A stretch of 64,000 nt of DNA from Candidatus Kapaibacterium sp. (GCA_963665665.1 OY762428.1:2016001-2080000), one strand, 5' to 3'; counted from the stretch's first letter, positions 50,004 through 60,784 are shown. Notes: generated by a model from the letters alone, not told the origin. A program made the numbers and translations.

Positions 50004-50453
50004 ATGATAAACGCAATAAAGGGAATCGCAGCCACGGACAGGGCTTATTCCGCGTATGGCAATACCTCCGGACCCTTGCATTCGGACCTTAGCTCCGGAT
50101 TGGAGGAAATATTAACCGGAAAAGAGGAAGAAAAGGTTAATAAACTTGATCTTAAGTCTGCATCTTTGATCAAAGAGAAGGACAAGGAAAAAGTAGATAA
50201 TGAAAAAAACGGGGAAGAATCTCCTGTAATTAATTATGGTGAGATTACTGATAAAATAAACAATCTTATCCAGGACCAAAACCGTTCTATAGAATTTTCG
50301 CTTGATAACGATTCTAAGCAAATGGTTATGAAAGTAATGGATAAGAAGACCAATAAAGTAGTGCAGCAAATTCCTCCGGAAACAACTCTTAAATTGGCAA
50401 AAATGGTAGCGTCAATTTTAGATAAAGGGCTAGTGGCTAATGCAACAGTCTGA
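50004..50453 (+). CDS. flaG: FlaG family protein
   Basis: IEFSLD......MKVMDKKT.KVVQQIPPE..LKLA. Confidence 0.85.
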   Translation: MINAIKGIAATDRAYSAYGNTSGPLHSDLSSGLEEILTGKEEEKVNKLDLKSASLIKEKDKEKVDNEKNGEESPVINYGEITDKINNLIQDQNRSIEFSLDNDSKQMVMKVMDKKTNKVVQQIPPETTLKLAKMVASILDKGLVANATV

Positions 50454-50796
50454 GGTAATTGATATAAAACAGGCTTTAATCAGCCTTAGAAACCTGTCTT
50501 TAAATATTAATATTAAACTCAGGGATGAAGCTAATACAGATTTGGCTGAAACCATCGCCAGGCTTTACTCTGAGAGAATGAAACTTATTAATGAAATAAA
50601 AAATTGGCAAAATTCAGAAAAAGGAGCTAAATTTATTGAAATAAGTGCCGATACTTTTAAAAAAGGTATCGAAGAAGTGCAAAAGATTGAAGATGAAAAT
50701 ATTGCACTGATAAAAAACAGATACCAAAGTACAGGTAACAAACTTAAAAAATTGATTAAGCAAAAATCAATTTTAATCTATACCAGAGAGAAATGA
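50440..50796 (+). CDS. Helical flagellar protein, FliT-like
   Basis: 118 aa all-helical, ER..LI..I pattern, inside the fliC operon. Confidence 0.5.
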   Translation: MQQSEVIDIKQALISLRNLSLNINIKLRDEANTDLAETIARLYSERMKLINEIKNWQNSEKGAKFIEISADTFKKGIEEVQKIEDENIALIKNRYQSTGNKLKKLIKQKSILIYTREK

Positions 50797-50797
50797 A

Positions 50798-51073
50798 ATG
50801 ACTATAGGATCAGTAAATAATCTTGGGAAAATATACCAGGCCAAAGAAAGCGAATCTGCAAAGCCGAAGTCCGGCGATGCCGCTAAAGCTGCAAAAGCCG
50901 GTGAAACATCCAGGCAGACTGCTCCTGATACTTTGGTTCTTTCGGCAGAAGCCAAAAAACTCCGCCCTATTAAAGATAAAATAGCGGAAGGATTTTATGA
51001 CAGGCCGGAAGTAGTGAAAAAAGCTGCCGCTAAAATTTCGCAGGAGCTTCCAAAGTCAGGCGCAACAAGCTAA
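50798..51073 (+). CDS. flgM: Anti-sigma28 factor FlgM-like
   Basis: D.LVLSAEAK...IK.KIAEGFY pattern; small and low complexity; flagellar context. Confidence 0.7.
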   Translation: MTIGSVNNLGKIYQAKESESAKPKSGDAAKAAKAGETSRQTAPDTLVLSAEAKKLRPIKDKIAEGFYDRPEVVKKAAAKISQELPKSGATS

Positions 51074-51403
51074 ATAGTTTTCCCGTTTTAAAAAACGAAC
51101 AAGCCGGCATAAAGCAGGTTTGGTTGTTTTTTTAATTACCCCGTTACTTCATAAGCCTTATTATTCCCATTAATAATGTATTATTTCTGTTTTATTAAAA
51201 TAAATGCTGTGATATATTTCACGTACATAAAAAACAACAAATTTACACAATTGTGATTTTTTTTATTGCATTTTTAATGATTTTTCATTAAAATTCGTTT
51301 GTAATGTCTCTTTTGAACTAATGCTTTTAGATTAATGAAAAAATAGATATATTATATTTACCGTTTTGTACAAGTTTTACCTTAAAGTAGGGAGAGTAAA
51401 AGT

Positions 51404-51847
51404 ATGTCGAGAACATTGAACAAAGTGATGCTGATTGGGAATGTAGGAAGAGACCCCGAATTAAAATTCACTCCAAGTGGTATTCCGGTCACATCTTTCA
51501 GACTTGCTACATCTGAAACATGGAAAGACAGGGAAGGAAGTATACAGGAACATACAGACTGGCACACAATAGTTGCCTGGCGCGGTTTGGCAGAAGTGAT
51601 TAACAAGCTGGTTTCAAAAGGTTCTCGCGTTTATATTGAAGGACGAATCCAAACACGTACTTTTGATGATAAAAGCGGAAATCGGAGGCATGTTGTTGAA
51701 GTACTGGCTGACAATATGCTGCTCCTTGACCCCAAGGGGAAAAGTAATGATGACTATGATTCTGAGGATAGTAGCGATGAATACAGCTACGACGATTATG
51801 ATTCCTCCCGTTATTCCACTAAGAAAAGCGATGATCTGATTTTTTAA
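51404..51847 (+). CDS. ssb: Single-stranded DNA-binding protein
   Basis: NKVMLIGNVGRDPE, LATSE.W, TDWH.IV, KGSRVYIEGR; acidic tail DDLIF. Confidence 0.96.
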   Translation: MSRTLNKVMLIGNVGRDPELKFTPSGIPVTSFRLATSETWKDREGSIQEHTDWHTIVAWRGLAEVINKLVSKGSRVYIEGRIQTRTFDDKSGNRRHVVEVLADNMLLLDPKGKSNDDYDSEDSSDEYSYDDYDSSRYSTKKSDDLIF

Positions 51848-51910
51848 TTTTGTCAGGATTGGCATTTTTTCATAAGCCCTGAGAGGGCTTTTTTATTTGG
51901 GTATAGCAGA

Positions 51911-52858
51911 ATGAGCTCTGAGAAAAATAAAGAGATTAGGGTTGGATTGGTTTCTATTGCAGGAATTCTTTTGGCAATTGCCGGAATATCACTTGGAAAG
52001 GGTTGGTTCGGCGGAGCAACCGGAACCGAGTTGTTATTAAAATTTCCACATTCCTCGGGAATTGCAATGCATGATCCCGTAACTGTTTCAGGAGTTGACC
52101 GAGGCAGGGTGGAATCAATCAATAACATAGACGGCGGTGTACAGATCGTTGCTACTATTGATGATATTTCAGATTTCAAGGAAGATGCCTCGGCAAGGAT
52201 TTTACTTCTGGAAATTACCGGAGGTAAAAAAATTGATATTAATCCGGGCAAATCCGAAATACCATTTAACCCGGAAAATATCATTGCCGGAACCACACCT
52301 GCCGACCTCCCGGAACTTATTGCCACTCTTGGCGGTGTCAGCAGCGAGGCAATTACATTGATGAGAAGGCTGGATACGATTTCTGTTGCTTTAACAGCTC
52401 TGCTTTCCGATGAGAAATTTGTTAATGATATAAAATCAACTTTTCAAAGTGCATCGGAATTAAGCTCTGATATCAATCAGATTATAAAAAATAACAGAGG
52501 TAAAATCGAGAACTCTATTGCTGATATTAGTGATATTATTGATAAGCTTCGAAACAGTATTGATAGAAATGAGCCAAAAGTAAGCTCTATTATTGATGAA
52601 TTGGATAAATCGATCACCAATCTTCAGCCTTTGATTGGCAAATCTTCCGAATCACTTGACTCCTTGGATAGATTAATAGCAAATCTTAACGATATCAGCA
52701 CACAGGTTAAAGATCCGGAAGGCAGTATCGGCAGGTTACTTTATGACAAAGAATTATCTAATCGGCTTGATTCAACTCTTACCGAATTGAGTGAGTTCAT
52801 TAAAAAGATGAATAAATACGGTATAAATGTAAATGTAGGGCTTGGACACGAACCGTAG
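51911..52858 (+). CDS. MlaD/MCE family protein
   Basis: EIRVG + TM; GI...DPV.VSGV..GRV, GGK.I.INPG; helical C-terminus GSIGRLL.D. Confidence 0.88.
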   Translation: MSSEKNKEIRVGLVSIAGILLAIAGISLGKGWFGGATGTELLLKFPHSSGIAMHDPVTVSGVDRGRVESINNIDGGVQIVATIDDISDFKEDASARILLLEITGGKKIDINPGKSEIPFNPENIIAGTTPADLPELIATLGGVSSEAITLMRRLDTISVALTALLSDEKFVNDIKSTFQSASELSSDINQIIKNNRGKIENSIADISDIIDKLRNSIDRNEPKVSSIIDELDKSITNLQPLIGKSSESLDSLDRLIANLNDISTQVKDPEGSIGRLLYDKELSNRLDSTLTELSEFIKKMNKYGINVNVGLGHEP

Positions 52859-52885
52859 AAACAAGTTCGTGCCCTGCTAATTATT

Positions 52886-54370
52886 CTATTGATGTTTTTT
52901 TAATTCCTCAACATCATCGAAATGTGTTTTTTCAGTTCCGATAACCTGGTAAGTTTCATGGCCTTTTCCGGCAACAAGGATAATATCATTTTCAAGAGAT
53001 AGAAGCACAGCCTGCTTAATGGCATCGCGCCTGTCTTCTGTTCTTATCGTATCTTCAATGTATTCATCATCAATACCGTCGAAAATATCATTAATGATTG
53101 CAACAGGATTTTCTGTCCTTGGGTTGTCACTTGTTACTATTGTCAGGTCGGAATTTTCAACAGCTATCCTGCCCATAGGGGCTCTTTTGGATTTGTCCCT
53201 GTCGCCGCCGCACCCAAAAACGGTGATAAGCCTGTTTTCAAAATTACCGGCAGCATCAAGGGTTTCACGGCAGGCATTAATGGCCTTTTCAAGAGCGTCA
53301 GGAGTGTGGGCATAATCAACGATACCAATAGCGCCATTGCCAAGTAAAACCTTCTGCATACGCCCCGGAGCGCCTTCAGCAACTTTCAACCCTGATGCAA
53401 TTAACTTTTTATCTATACCAATATTATAGCAATATGCCGCCGCCTGAGCCGCATTATAAATATTGAACATCCCCGTTAGTTTTGTGGATAGCAGCAACTC
53501 TTCGCCGTCGATATTAGTACCGAGTTTAAAATATGATGATTTCAGCCCGAATTGCTCGCTGCTGATTTTCATATCAGTATGTCCCTGCCGCCCTATCCTG
53601 ACAATTTTGTTTGCTTTGCATTCGGTAATCATTTCCTCTGAGTATTTGTCGTCTAAGTTCACCACAGCCAATCCGTCCGAGGGAAGTATATCAAACAGAA
53701 TTTTCTTAGCAGAAGCATATTTATCCATACTGCCGTGATAGTCAAGGTGCTCATGTGTAAGGTTTGTAAAAATTCCGCCATTGAAATTTATTCCTTCGGT
53801 TCTCCCCTGTTCCAGTGCATGAGAGCTTGTTTCCATAATCACGTGAGAACAGCCTGATTCTCGTATCATATTAAAATATTTGCAAAGCTCTGTTGATTCA
53901 GGTGTTGTATGAGTAGCCGGTATAAATTCACTGTCGATAATAATACCGGTTGTTCCGATAAGCGCAGTCTTTATGCCGGCAGCTTCAAGGATAGATTTCA
54001 GAAGATATGTGATCGTAGTTTTACCGTTTGTGCCCGTAACGCCGATTACATACAGATTATCAGTAGGATTATCATAGAAATTGTGTGCCATCAGGGCAAG
54101 TGTTTTCCTGGAATTATTGCATAGAATGTATGTTATATCAGGGTTTATATTTTCAGGAAGCCTTTCACAAATTATAGATGATGCTCCAAGTTCAAGAGCT
54201 TTTGAAATAAAATTATGGCCGTCGAAGGCTGCCCCGCTGATAGCGGTAAAAAGTGAACCTTTGGCACATTTCCTGGAATCATATTCAAGGCTTGAAATTT
54301 CAATATCAACAGGCCCTATAACTTCCTTAACGTCAATATTCTTTAGTAATTCTTCCAGCGTTTTCATCAT
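52886..54370 (-). CDS. murE: UDP-MurNAc-tripeptide synthetase (DAP-type)
   Basis: GVTGTNGKTT, TTPE, METSSHAL, DYAHTPDA, FGCGGDRD, DNPR, AGKGHETYQ. Confidence 0.96.
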   Translation of the reverse strand: MMKTLEELLKNIDVKEVIGPVDIEISSLEYDSRKCAKGSLFTAISGAAFDGHNFISKALELGASSIICERLPENINPDITYILCNNSRKTLALMAHNFYDNPTDNLYVIGVTGTNGKTTITYLLKSILEAAGIKTALIGTTGIIIDSEFIPATHTTPESTELCKYFNMIRESGCSHVIMETSSHALEQGRTEGINFNGGIFTNLTHEHLDYHGSMDKYASAKKILFDILPSDGLAVVNLDDKYSEEMITECKANKIVRIGRQGHTDMKISSEQFGLKSSYFKLGTNIDGEELLLSTKLTGMFNIYNAAQAAAYCYNIGIDKKLIASGLKVAEGAPGRMQKVLLGNGAIGIVDYAHTPDALEKAINACRETLDAAGNFENRLITVFGCGGDRDKSKRAPMGRIAVENSDLTIVTSDNPRTENPVAIINDIFDGIDDEYIEDTIRTEDRRDAIKQAVLLSLENDIILVAGKGHETYQVIGTEKTHFDDVEELKKHQ

Positions 54371-54482
54371 TTCTTCCGGTATTTTAATATTCAAACAGTA
54401 TTTTCAAATCACATTTTTTGTGGATCATAACTGACAATTTGTGTCGTCATACATTAAATTTTCAGTTTAAAACTGTAAAAAA

Positions 54483-54683
54483 GTCACACTCAGCCAAGAT
54501 GATATTATTCTGTTTTGAAAAGAATAATTGCAAAATTGTCATTCTGACGGAGAGAAGCGACTGAAGAATCCACTTGTTTTTAGTATAAAAATATTAAGAA
54601 TAGACTCTTCACTTCGTTCAGAGTGACATTTTTTTGTATTTTTTACAACATCTAACATATTTTTTCCTTTATGCCGAGTAGTC
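54483..54683 (-). repeat. ~200-bp MITE/REP-like element (copy 2, inverted relative to 14721-14921)
   Basis: Reverse complement aligns along its length with 14721-14921; core hairpin 54538-54627. Confidence 0.8.
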
Positions 54684-54692
54684 ATCATAAAC

Positions 54693-55775
54693 TTATACTT
54701 CAAGCCCCTGCTTTAGAATTTCAGCTCTTTCGGCAACTTTCAGGTTGTCGATAAGATTATCCAGTTCGCCTTCGATGATTTCCCTGAGGCTGTAATTCTT
54801 TGCTTCTCCTTCCAGCCTGTGATCAGTAACACGGTTCTGAGGCCAGTTGTAAGTACGGATTTTTTCAGACCTGTCCCCCGAGCGAACCATTGATTTCCTG
54901 TTTGAAGAAATTGCACTTTGCTGCTTTTCAAGTTCTAATTCATATATTCTTGAGCGAAGTACTTTCATTGCTTTTTGTTTGTTCTTGAGCTGAGATCTTT
55001 CGTCCTGGCAGCTAACTACTATATTCGTAGGTAAATGTACAAGGCGTACCGCTGTTTCAACTTTATTCACGTTCTGTCCGCCCTTGCCGCCGGCACGGAA
55101 AATATCTACCCTCAGGTCCTCGTCGCGTATTTCCACATCAACATCTTCTGCTTCAGGGAGTACAGCCACCGTTGCCGCCGATGTATGTATTCTGCCGCTG
55201 GCCTCGGTTTCAGGAACTCTCTGCACACGGTGCACGCCACTTTCGAACTTACAGTTTCCGTATGCGTCGTCCCCGTTCATCGAGAAAACAACTTCCTTAT
55301 AGCCGCCGCGCTCGCTCTCGTTAAAACTGATCACTTCAATTTTGTAATTCTTCAGCTCGGAATATTTTTGATACATCCTGAAAAGGTCTCCTGCGAAAAT
55401 ACCGGCTTCATCTCCGCCCGTGCCGGCCCTGACTTCGAAGATACAGTTTTTCATATCATTGGGATCCTTGGGAATGAGAAGAATTCGAAGCTCTTCATCC
55501 ATTTTTTCCTTTTGTCCGTTAAGCCCGTCGATCTCCTCGTAGGCCATATCTCTTAGTTCATGGTCTGTTTCCGGGTCATCAATCATTTCCCTGTTGGACC
55601 TTATTTCGCTGCAGATACTCAGGTACTCAGCACCAGCTTCGGCAAGAAGCTGCATGTGCTTGTATTCCCTGTTCACTTTGGTAAATTTCTTTATATCAGA
55701 GGCAATTGCCGGGTCGTTCAATTTTTCTTCAAGCTGTTTATATTTCTCTAATATCGACTTTATCTTATCTTCCAT
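54693..55775 (-). CDS. prfA: Peptide chain release factor 1
   Basis: [14 protein letters not shown] (PxT), [21 protein letters not shown]. Confidence 0.97.
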   Translation of the reverse strand: MEDKIKSILEKYKQLEEKLNDPAIASDIKKFTKVNREYKHMQLLAEAGAEYLSICSEIRSNREMIDDPETDHELRDMAYEEIDGLNGQKEKMDEELRILLIPKDPNDMKNCIFEVRAGTGGDEAGIFAGDLFRMYQKYSELKNYKIEVISFNESERGGYKEVVFSMNGDDAYGNCKFESGVHRVQRVPETEASGRIHTSAATVAVLPEAEDVDVEIRDEDLRVDIFRAGGKGGQNVNKVETAVRLVHLPTNIVVSCQDERSQLKNKQKAMKVLRSRIYELELEKQQSAISSNRKSMVRSGDRSEKIRTYNWPQNRVTDHRLEGEAKNYSLREIIEGELDNLIDNLKVAERAEILKQGLEV

Positions 55776-55948
55776 AATCCCAATTATTCTATTTATTAAT
55801 ACTTACTAATACAAAAATACTATAAATCAAGGAAATAACATAAAATTGAAATTCTGGGGTTGCCGGATGAATTTAATCACCTGTCTTTAACATCTTACAA
55901 ATAATTCAGCGGAAAGCATTCCTTCCGAATTACAATTAATATTTGTTT

Positions 55949-58711
55949 TTAATTCTCAATGATAATAACATAACCCCTGCTGTACTTCGATACCGGATCG
56001 AGCCATTTGCCTTCCTTCATCAGGTCGAATTCCATAAAATATTTGCCGCCAAGTTCAGGCACAACAAAGTTATATTCAACTTCCGAAACTGATAATGGCG
56101 TAAATGCCCTGGGCTGTGATTCATATATAATTTTTCTGGTGGCAAAATCCCTGAGCCTGATATTTAATGAAACATCATTTCCAAGTGATCTCATAAGGTC
56201 AAAAATATCGAAATTGAATTCAACAGTATCCCCGGGTGAGAAATTAAATTCCGGCAGCTTGAATATCGGGTCAAGGACTATGTCATAATCCTGCCAGGGG
56301 AAGAAATCAAGTGATTCTAATGACTTGGGCAGCCTTTTGCCCTGTATCTGTACGGAATCAACCTTTATTCCTATAAGTTTTTTCTTTTTATTTCTTTGCA
56401 GGTCTCCGAAGAATTCGATATTCAGCACGGGGGGAATCTTCTTCATCTTGAAATCTATTTTAAATTCCCATTCCCCCGGCCGCATATCATAGTTAAAGAC
56501 CTCTTCCTTGTTTATCTTTACTATCATATTTTGCTTGATCTTGTTGTTGTTCGTTACTTTCAGCCAGAGCGCTGTTGCCGTGTCGTTCGGGCGTAGCGGC
56601 ATGGTAATATTTGCACTGCCGTTTATCCAGCGATGTTCGTAAAAGCCCTTAGTTAGAGTTCCATAAAACGAAGTATCCAGCAGGTCGCGGTTCAGGTATG
56701 ACGGGGCAAGAGCCACCAGTCCCTGGTCTGCCCTGCTGTTCTTCAGCCACAGGTAATCATCGCTGTCAAATTCCTTTGCGATAAGGAATGCAGCATTGTT
56801 TTTTAAGTTATATTCCGGATTATTTGTGAGCAATACAGGGCTGTCAGAAGTGTCATTTTTAATCGTAATAAATTCAGCTTTTAATTCCGGGCACTGATAT
56901 TGGTAATTAAATACGTTGGGAGAATTTTTGGTAGCAAGGTCTATTGCCAAATTGTTCTCAGCTACCCCGGATACTCGTAGAGCATTTGTAATAATATTTC
57001 TTTCCAGGCGATTCTGATGGTGATATTGAATAACATAAATATATGTGACTGCCGAAAATGCAATGAACACAAGCCCCATGGCCGGAAAAGCAACATAAGG
57101 CAGCTTTTTGCCAAGAAAACCGACAAATAAATAACCCGCCAGCATGAAAGCTGTGAAAATCATTATATTTATTGTTCCGAGCGCAGAACGCAACGGGAAG
57201 AATGACATGAAGTTTCTGAAAGAAGGTTCCGCTTCGATAATATTTCCGTAAGTGGAAAGCGGCAGGATAACAGATATTGCAATAATCACAAATGCTGCCA
57301 GATGTATCTTCCAGTTAAAGAAAGCTTTTCTATCAACAATACCGTAAAGGGCAAAGGCAAATACAGGAGCCAGGAAAACCTCTGCGTAACGGCCATAGAA
57401 GAACCTGTCCGGACGGTAATCCATATCGGTAATACCGAGGTTGGTAATAATAAAAAGCATTCCGAACACATTCAGTATCAGGTACATTAGCGCAACGCTG
57501 CCGGGATCTTTCAGCAGTTCCTGCCATTTCATTTCTGATTTGGTTGCCATATAATAAACCATGTATGCAATGCCAAAGGCAAAAAAACCGAAAGTGGCGA
57601 CATTCAGGTAATAAATTTTACCACTAACGTTTATAACCCATTTCCATAGTGAATCCAGGATAAAATCAATGAAATCCGGGCCGGGAATAACAGCATAAGT
57701 CATTCCGAGAAATATAGCGAGGAATATCATCAGCTTTATCAGGTCTTTCCAGTTGAATTTGCCTTTAAAAGTCAATAATACAACAAATGCTGATTGAATA
57801 AGCAGCAAAGCAAGTCCGATCATTATTGTCGTTGAATTATAACGCAGCAGAAAGGCTGATACAATGCCGGTGATTGATAGATTTATATAATGCAGGTTGT
57901 GTTTTTTTGGAAGGAACATTCCGGAGAGAACAGCCATGATTACTATCAGAAGGTCAATCCTCCCAAAAAGCTGCTCAATTATCTGCTCAATTGAATTTTG
58001 CTCGCCGTGCATCAGGCTGCTGAGCTGCTCACCGTAGGATAAGGAAAAAATCAGAACAAAGAAATTTATTATCAGAACGGTTGAACCGAAACTGGCATCC
58101 AGAGACTTACGGCGCATCAGGAATATCAGGAATACGAAATTAAGGAATATAATAGATATACCCCTGACATGAATTGTGTAAATCAGTACGGAAACAAGTG
58201 CAAATAAAACAGTCGATACCCAGTCCTGCTTTTTATAAAAATATGCAAATGAAAAGATGAGCAATGCAAAAAATGCCGGGGTCACGGCATCAGTCCATGC
58301 CATCTTTGATTGCAGGAAAAATGCCGGGTAAAGCGAGATAACGAAGGACAGAAGCAGAGACCTGTTTGTCTTAAGTTTAAAAATATGATGCAGTAAAAGA
58401 AAAAGCCATATTACGATGGTAGCGGAAAGTATGCCGTTAATTACCAGCGCCGCTTTGTAAATCATAGCGGGATCGCTGAAAAGCATGAATGCGGGAGAGA
58501 TTATCATGGAATATCCAAAACCACTGGGCTGTCCGCCGCCGGGATAAACGGGCATGGAACCGCCCGCAATATAACGCGCTTTGCCAAGGTATCCGAATTC
58601 ATCGCCTGCTACAACAGGGGTTTCAAGGCTGAGTCCCATAATAATATGTGTTGCTGCAAGAATAATATATGCTGTAAAGATTACGATAAATGTTTTTCTG
58701 TTTTCTTTCAT
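55949..58711 (-). CDS. Large polytopic membrane protein, GT-C (PMT/ArnT-like) glycosyltransferase-like with soluble C-terminal domains
   Basis: GDEFGY in the first loop, many TM helices, YGRY motif; TAnnTTTG at 58752-58759 (-) favours a start at 58723 or 58711. Confidence 0.6.
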   Translation of the reverse strand: MKENRKTFIVIFTAYIILAATHIIMGLSLETPVVAGDEFGYLGKARYIAGGSMPVYPGGGQPSGFGYSMIISPAFMLFSDPAMIYKAALVINGILSATIVIWLFLLLHHIFKLKTNRSLLLSFVISLYPAFFLQSKMAWTDAVTPAFFALLIFSFAYFYKKQDWVSTVLFALVSVLIYTIHVRGISIIFLNFVFLIFLMRRKSLDASFGSTVLIINFFVLIFSLSYGEQLSSLMHGEQNSIEQIIEQLFGRIDLLIVIMAVLSGMFLPKKHNLHYINLSITGIVSAFLLRYNSTTIMIGLALLLIQSAFVVLLTFKGKFNWKDLIKLMIFLAIFLGMTYAVIPGPDFIDFILDSLWKWVINVSGKIYYLNVATFGFFAFGIAYMVYYMATKSEMKWQELLKDPGSVALMYLILNVFGMLFIITNLGITDMDYRPDRFFYGRYAEVFLAPVFAFALYGIVDRKAFFNWKIHLAAFVIIAISVILPLSTYGNIIEAEPSFRNFMSFFPLRSALGTINIMIFTAFMLAGYLFVGFLGKKLPYVAFPAMGLVFIAFSAVTYIYVIQYHHQNRLERNIITNALRVSGVAENNLAIDLATKNSPNVFNYQYQCPELKAEFITIKNDTSDSPVLLTNNPEYNLKNNAAFLIAKEFDSDDYLWLKNSRADQGLVALAPSYLNRDLLDTSFYGTLTKGFYEHRWINGSANITMPLRPNDTATALWLKVTNNNKIKQNMIVKINKEEVFNYDMRPGEWEFKIDFKMKKIPPVLNIEFFGDLQRNKKKKLIGIKVDSVQIQGKRLPKSLESLDFFPWQDYDIVLDPIFKLPEFNFSPGDTVEFNFDIFDLMRSLGNDVSLNIRLRDFATRKIIYESQPRAFTPLSVSEVEYNFVVPELGGKYFMEFDLMKEGKWLDPVSKYSRGYVIIIEN

Positions 58712-58949
58712 GCCTGATTTCATTCTGAATAGGATTACATAATTCCAAACGCAAAGATAAGAATTTAATATATGATAATACAAATTGAATCTTGTGAATA
58801 TGCAAACAACTATATTCTGATGTTAGTAATTTTATTCTTGTATTTTCATATAAAAGCATTAAATTTGACCTTTAGGATGGAACAATTTGGACTTTGGTTT
58901 AAAATTTTTCATATTTTGTTTCACTAAACTTTGGTTTTCGTTATAGTTA

Positions 58950-59483
58950 ATGGATGAATGCTTACATACGGGGGGGCAGGCTGATACCCGTGAATTGAAC
59001 TGGTATCCGTTTTATACGCGCAGCCGCCATGAGAAAAAAGCCTATCAAAACCTTATTCGTGAAGGTTATAATGCTTATTTGCCTCTAAAGAAATCTGTAA
59101 GGCAGTGGAGCGACCGCAGGAAAATTGTGGAAACGCCGCTGATTTCTTCCTATGTATTTGCCAAAACAACGAGAGACCAACTTTACAACATAGTAAAACT
59201 CGACGGAATAGCACGTTACATCAGCTTTGCCGGCCAGCCTGCCACGATTCGGGACAAAGAAATTGATATTATCCGAAAAGCCTTGACTGAGGATACGGAA
59301 CTGGAAGTTAAGGATGGTATGCTGGGCGAGGGCCGCGAAGTGAAATTAAACGCCGGGCCTTTCATGGGATACTCCGGAAAGGTAATAAAACTAAAAGGGA
59401 AAAACAGGCTTGTGATTGAGATTGAAGCCTTGAATAAAACTTTGTTGATTACAGTTGAAAGAAATCAACTGTCGGGAAGATAA
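58950..59483 (+). CDS. UpxY-family transcription antiterminator (NusG paralog)
   Basis: WYPFYTRSRHEKK, YLPL....RQWSDRRKIVETPLISSYVF, KOW motif G.EV....GPF.G..G. Confidence 0.9.
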   Translation: MDECLHTGGQADTRELNWYPFYTRSRHEKKAYQNLIREGYNAYLPLKKSVRQWSDRRKIVETPLISSYVFAKTTRDQLYNIVKLDGIARYISFAGQPATIRDKEIDIIRKALTEDTELEVKDGMLGEGREVKLNAGPFMGYSGKVIKLKGKNRLVIEIEALNKTLLITVERNQLSGR

Positions 59484-59632
59484 ACCCGAATCAACCGCTT
59501 ATTATAATAAATATTGCGGTATACTTATAAAATACAATGATTTGTCCGTAGGCCACAGATGTGACTGAAAGGGCTGTGCCTTGGAAAGAGGGAAAGAAAA
59601 CACTTTGACACTTGCAAAATTGAAATCTAAAG

Positions 59633-59895
59633 TTCCCCTCTTGGGGGGTGGCGAGCGCAGCGAGACGGGGTGGATTCTTAATTGAAAATTTGAAATTGAT
59701 ATTTAATAATGCTGTATAGCTTAAAAATATTCATAGATGTCATCCTGAGCGAAAGCGAAGGATCCATTCTTCAACAATATCAGCAAAGAAAAAATGCATT
59801 CTTCAGTCCCAAGCTCAGGAAGCCTGCCCCAACCAGTCGGGAAATGACAAAAGGGTTGTTGATGGAAAATGAAGAAGAACCGGACATAAATATAT
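59633..59895 (+). repeat. Modular inter-cassette repeat R1
   Basis: TTCCCCTC..GGGGTG module, ATGCTGTATAGCTTAAAAA, GTCATCCTGAGC..AATGAC palindrome, GAAAATGAAGAAGAA..ACATAAAT. Confidence 0.8.
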
Positions 59896-60192
59896 ATGAG
59901 TAAGTCTGATAAGAATATAAAACTGATAGAATTTATTGACAGGAATAGACGGCTTTTCTGGTATATTCCTGATGATGCCATGCATGACATAAGCGACGAA
60001 CTGATACTGGAAAATACTCTTAATTATGCAGGCCTTGATTCTATTGTGGAATATTTCAATATTATCGGACTAAGTAGGGCAGCCGGTATATTCAAGTCCT
60101 TGCACGGCAGAAAAAAGCACAATATCTCTCCCGAAATTTATAATTTTTTTTCACTGGTATTTAAAAGGTATGTACCCGGATATTCTAAATAA
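59896..60192 (+). CDS. Small protein, putative antitoxin partner of AbiEii-like nucleotidyltransferase
   Basis: LFWY...E..LNY motif; 3' end overlaps the NTase gene by 23 nt. Confidence 0.65.
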   Translation: MSKSDKNIKLIEFIDRNRRLFWYIPDDAMHDISDELILENTLNYAGLDSIVEYFNIIGLSRAAGIFKSLHGRKKHNISPEIYNFFSLVFKRYVPGYSK

Positions 60193-60784
60193 AAAACAAA
60201 TTGAATTACTTGAATTATGTAAAGTTTTCAAAAGGGAATTTTATCTTGCCGGAGGTACTGCTATTGCTCTTCAGATTGGACACAGATCGTCAATTGATTT
60301 CGACTTTTTTAAAAAGTCTGCAATCAATCCAAAAAAAGTTATCGACAAAATTGAAAAAGCAGGTTACGATCACTCAATTGTCCGCGCAACATCTGACCAG
60401 CTTGATGTTTTTGTTAACGATGTAAAACTTACATTCCTGCATTATCCATTTGAAGTTGAAGCAAAACAGAAAATGGATAATTATTTCAGGACGCCGGAAT
60501 TGATTTCCCTGGCAGCCCTGAAGGCTTATGCTCTTGGCAGGCGTTCGAAGTGGAAAGATTATGTCGATCTTTATATTTTGATAAACAGGCATTTTTCAAT
60601 TAATGATATATCCCTTAAAGCCGGAGAAATTTTCGGTCAGCTTTTTTCAGAAAAACTTTTTCGAAGTCAGCTATCCTATTTTGATGATATTGATTATTCC
60701 GAACCAGTGATATGGAGCGGCCATGAATTTTCGGCTGATGAGATAAAAGCTTTTTTAGAAGAAAAATCAACCGAAATATTTTAA
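60170..60784 (+). CDS. AbiEii/AbiGii-family nucleotidyltransferase
   Basis: FYLAGGTAIALQIGHRSSIDFDFF; KAYALGRR..KDYVDLY. Confidence 0.85.
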   Translation: MYPDILNKKQIELLELCKVFKREFYLAGGTAIALQIGHRSSIDFDFFKKSAINPKKVIDKIEKAGYDHSIVRATSDQLDVFVNDVKLTFLHYPFEVEAKQKMDNYFRTPELISLAALKAYALGRRSKWKDYVDLYILINRHFSINDISLKAGEIFGQLFSEKLFRSQLSYFDDIDYSEPVIWSGHEFSADEIKAFLEEKSTEIF

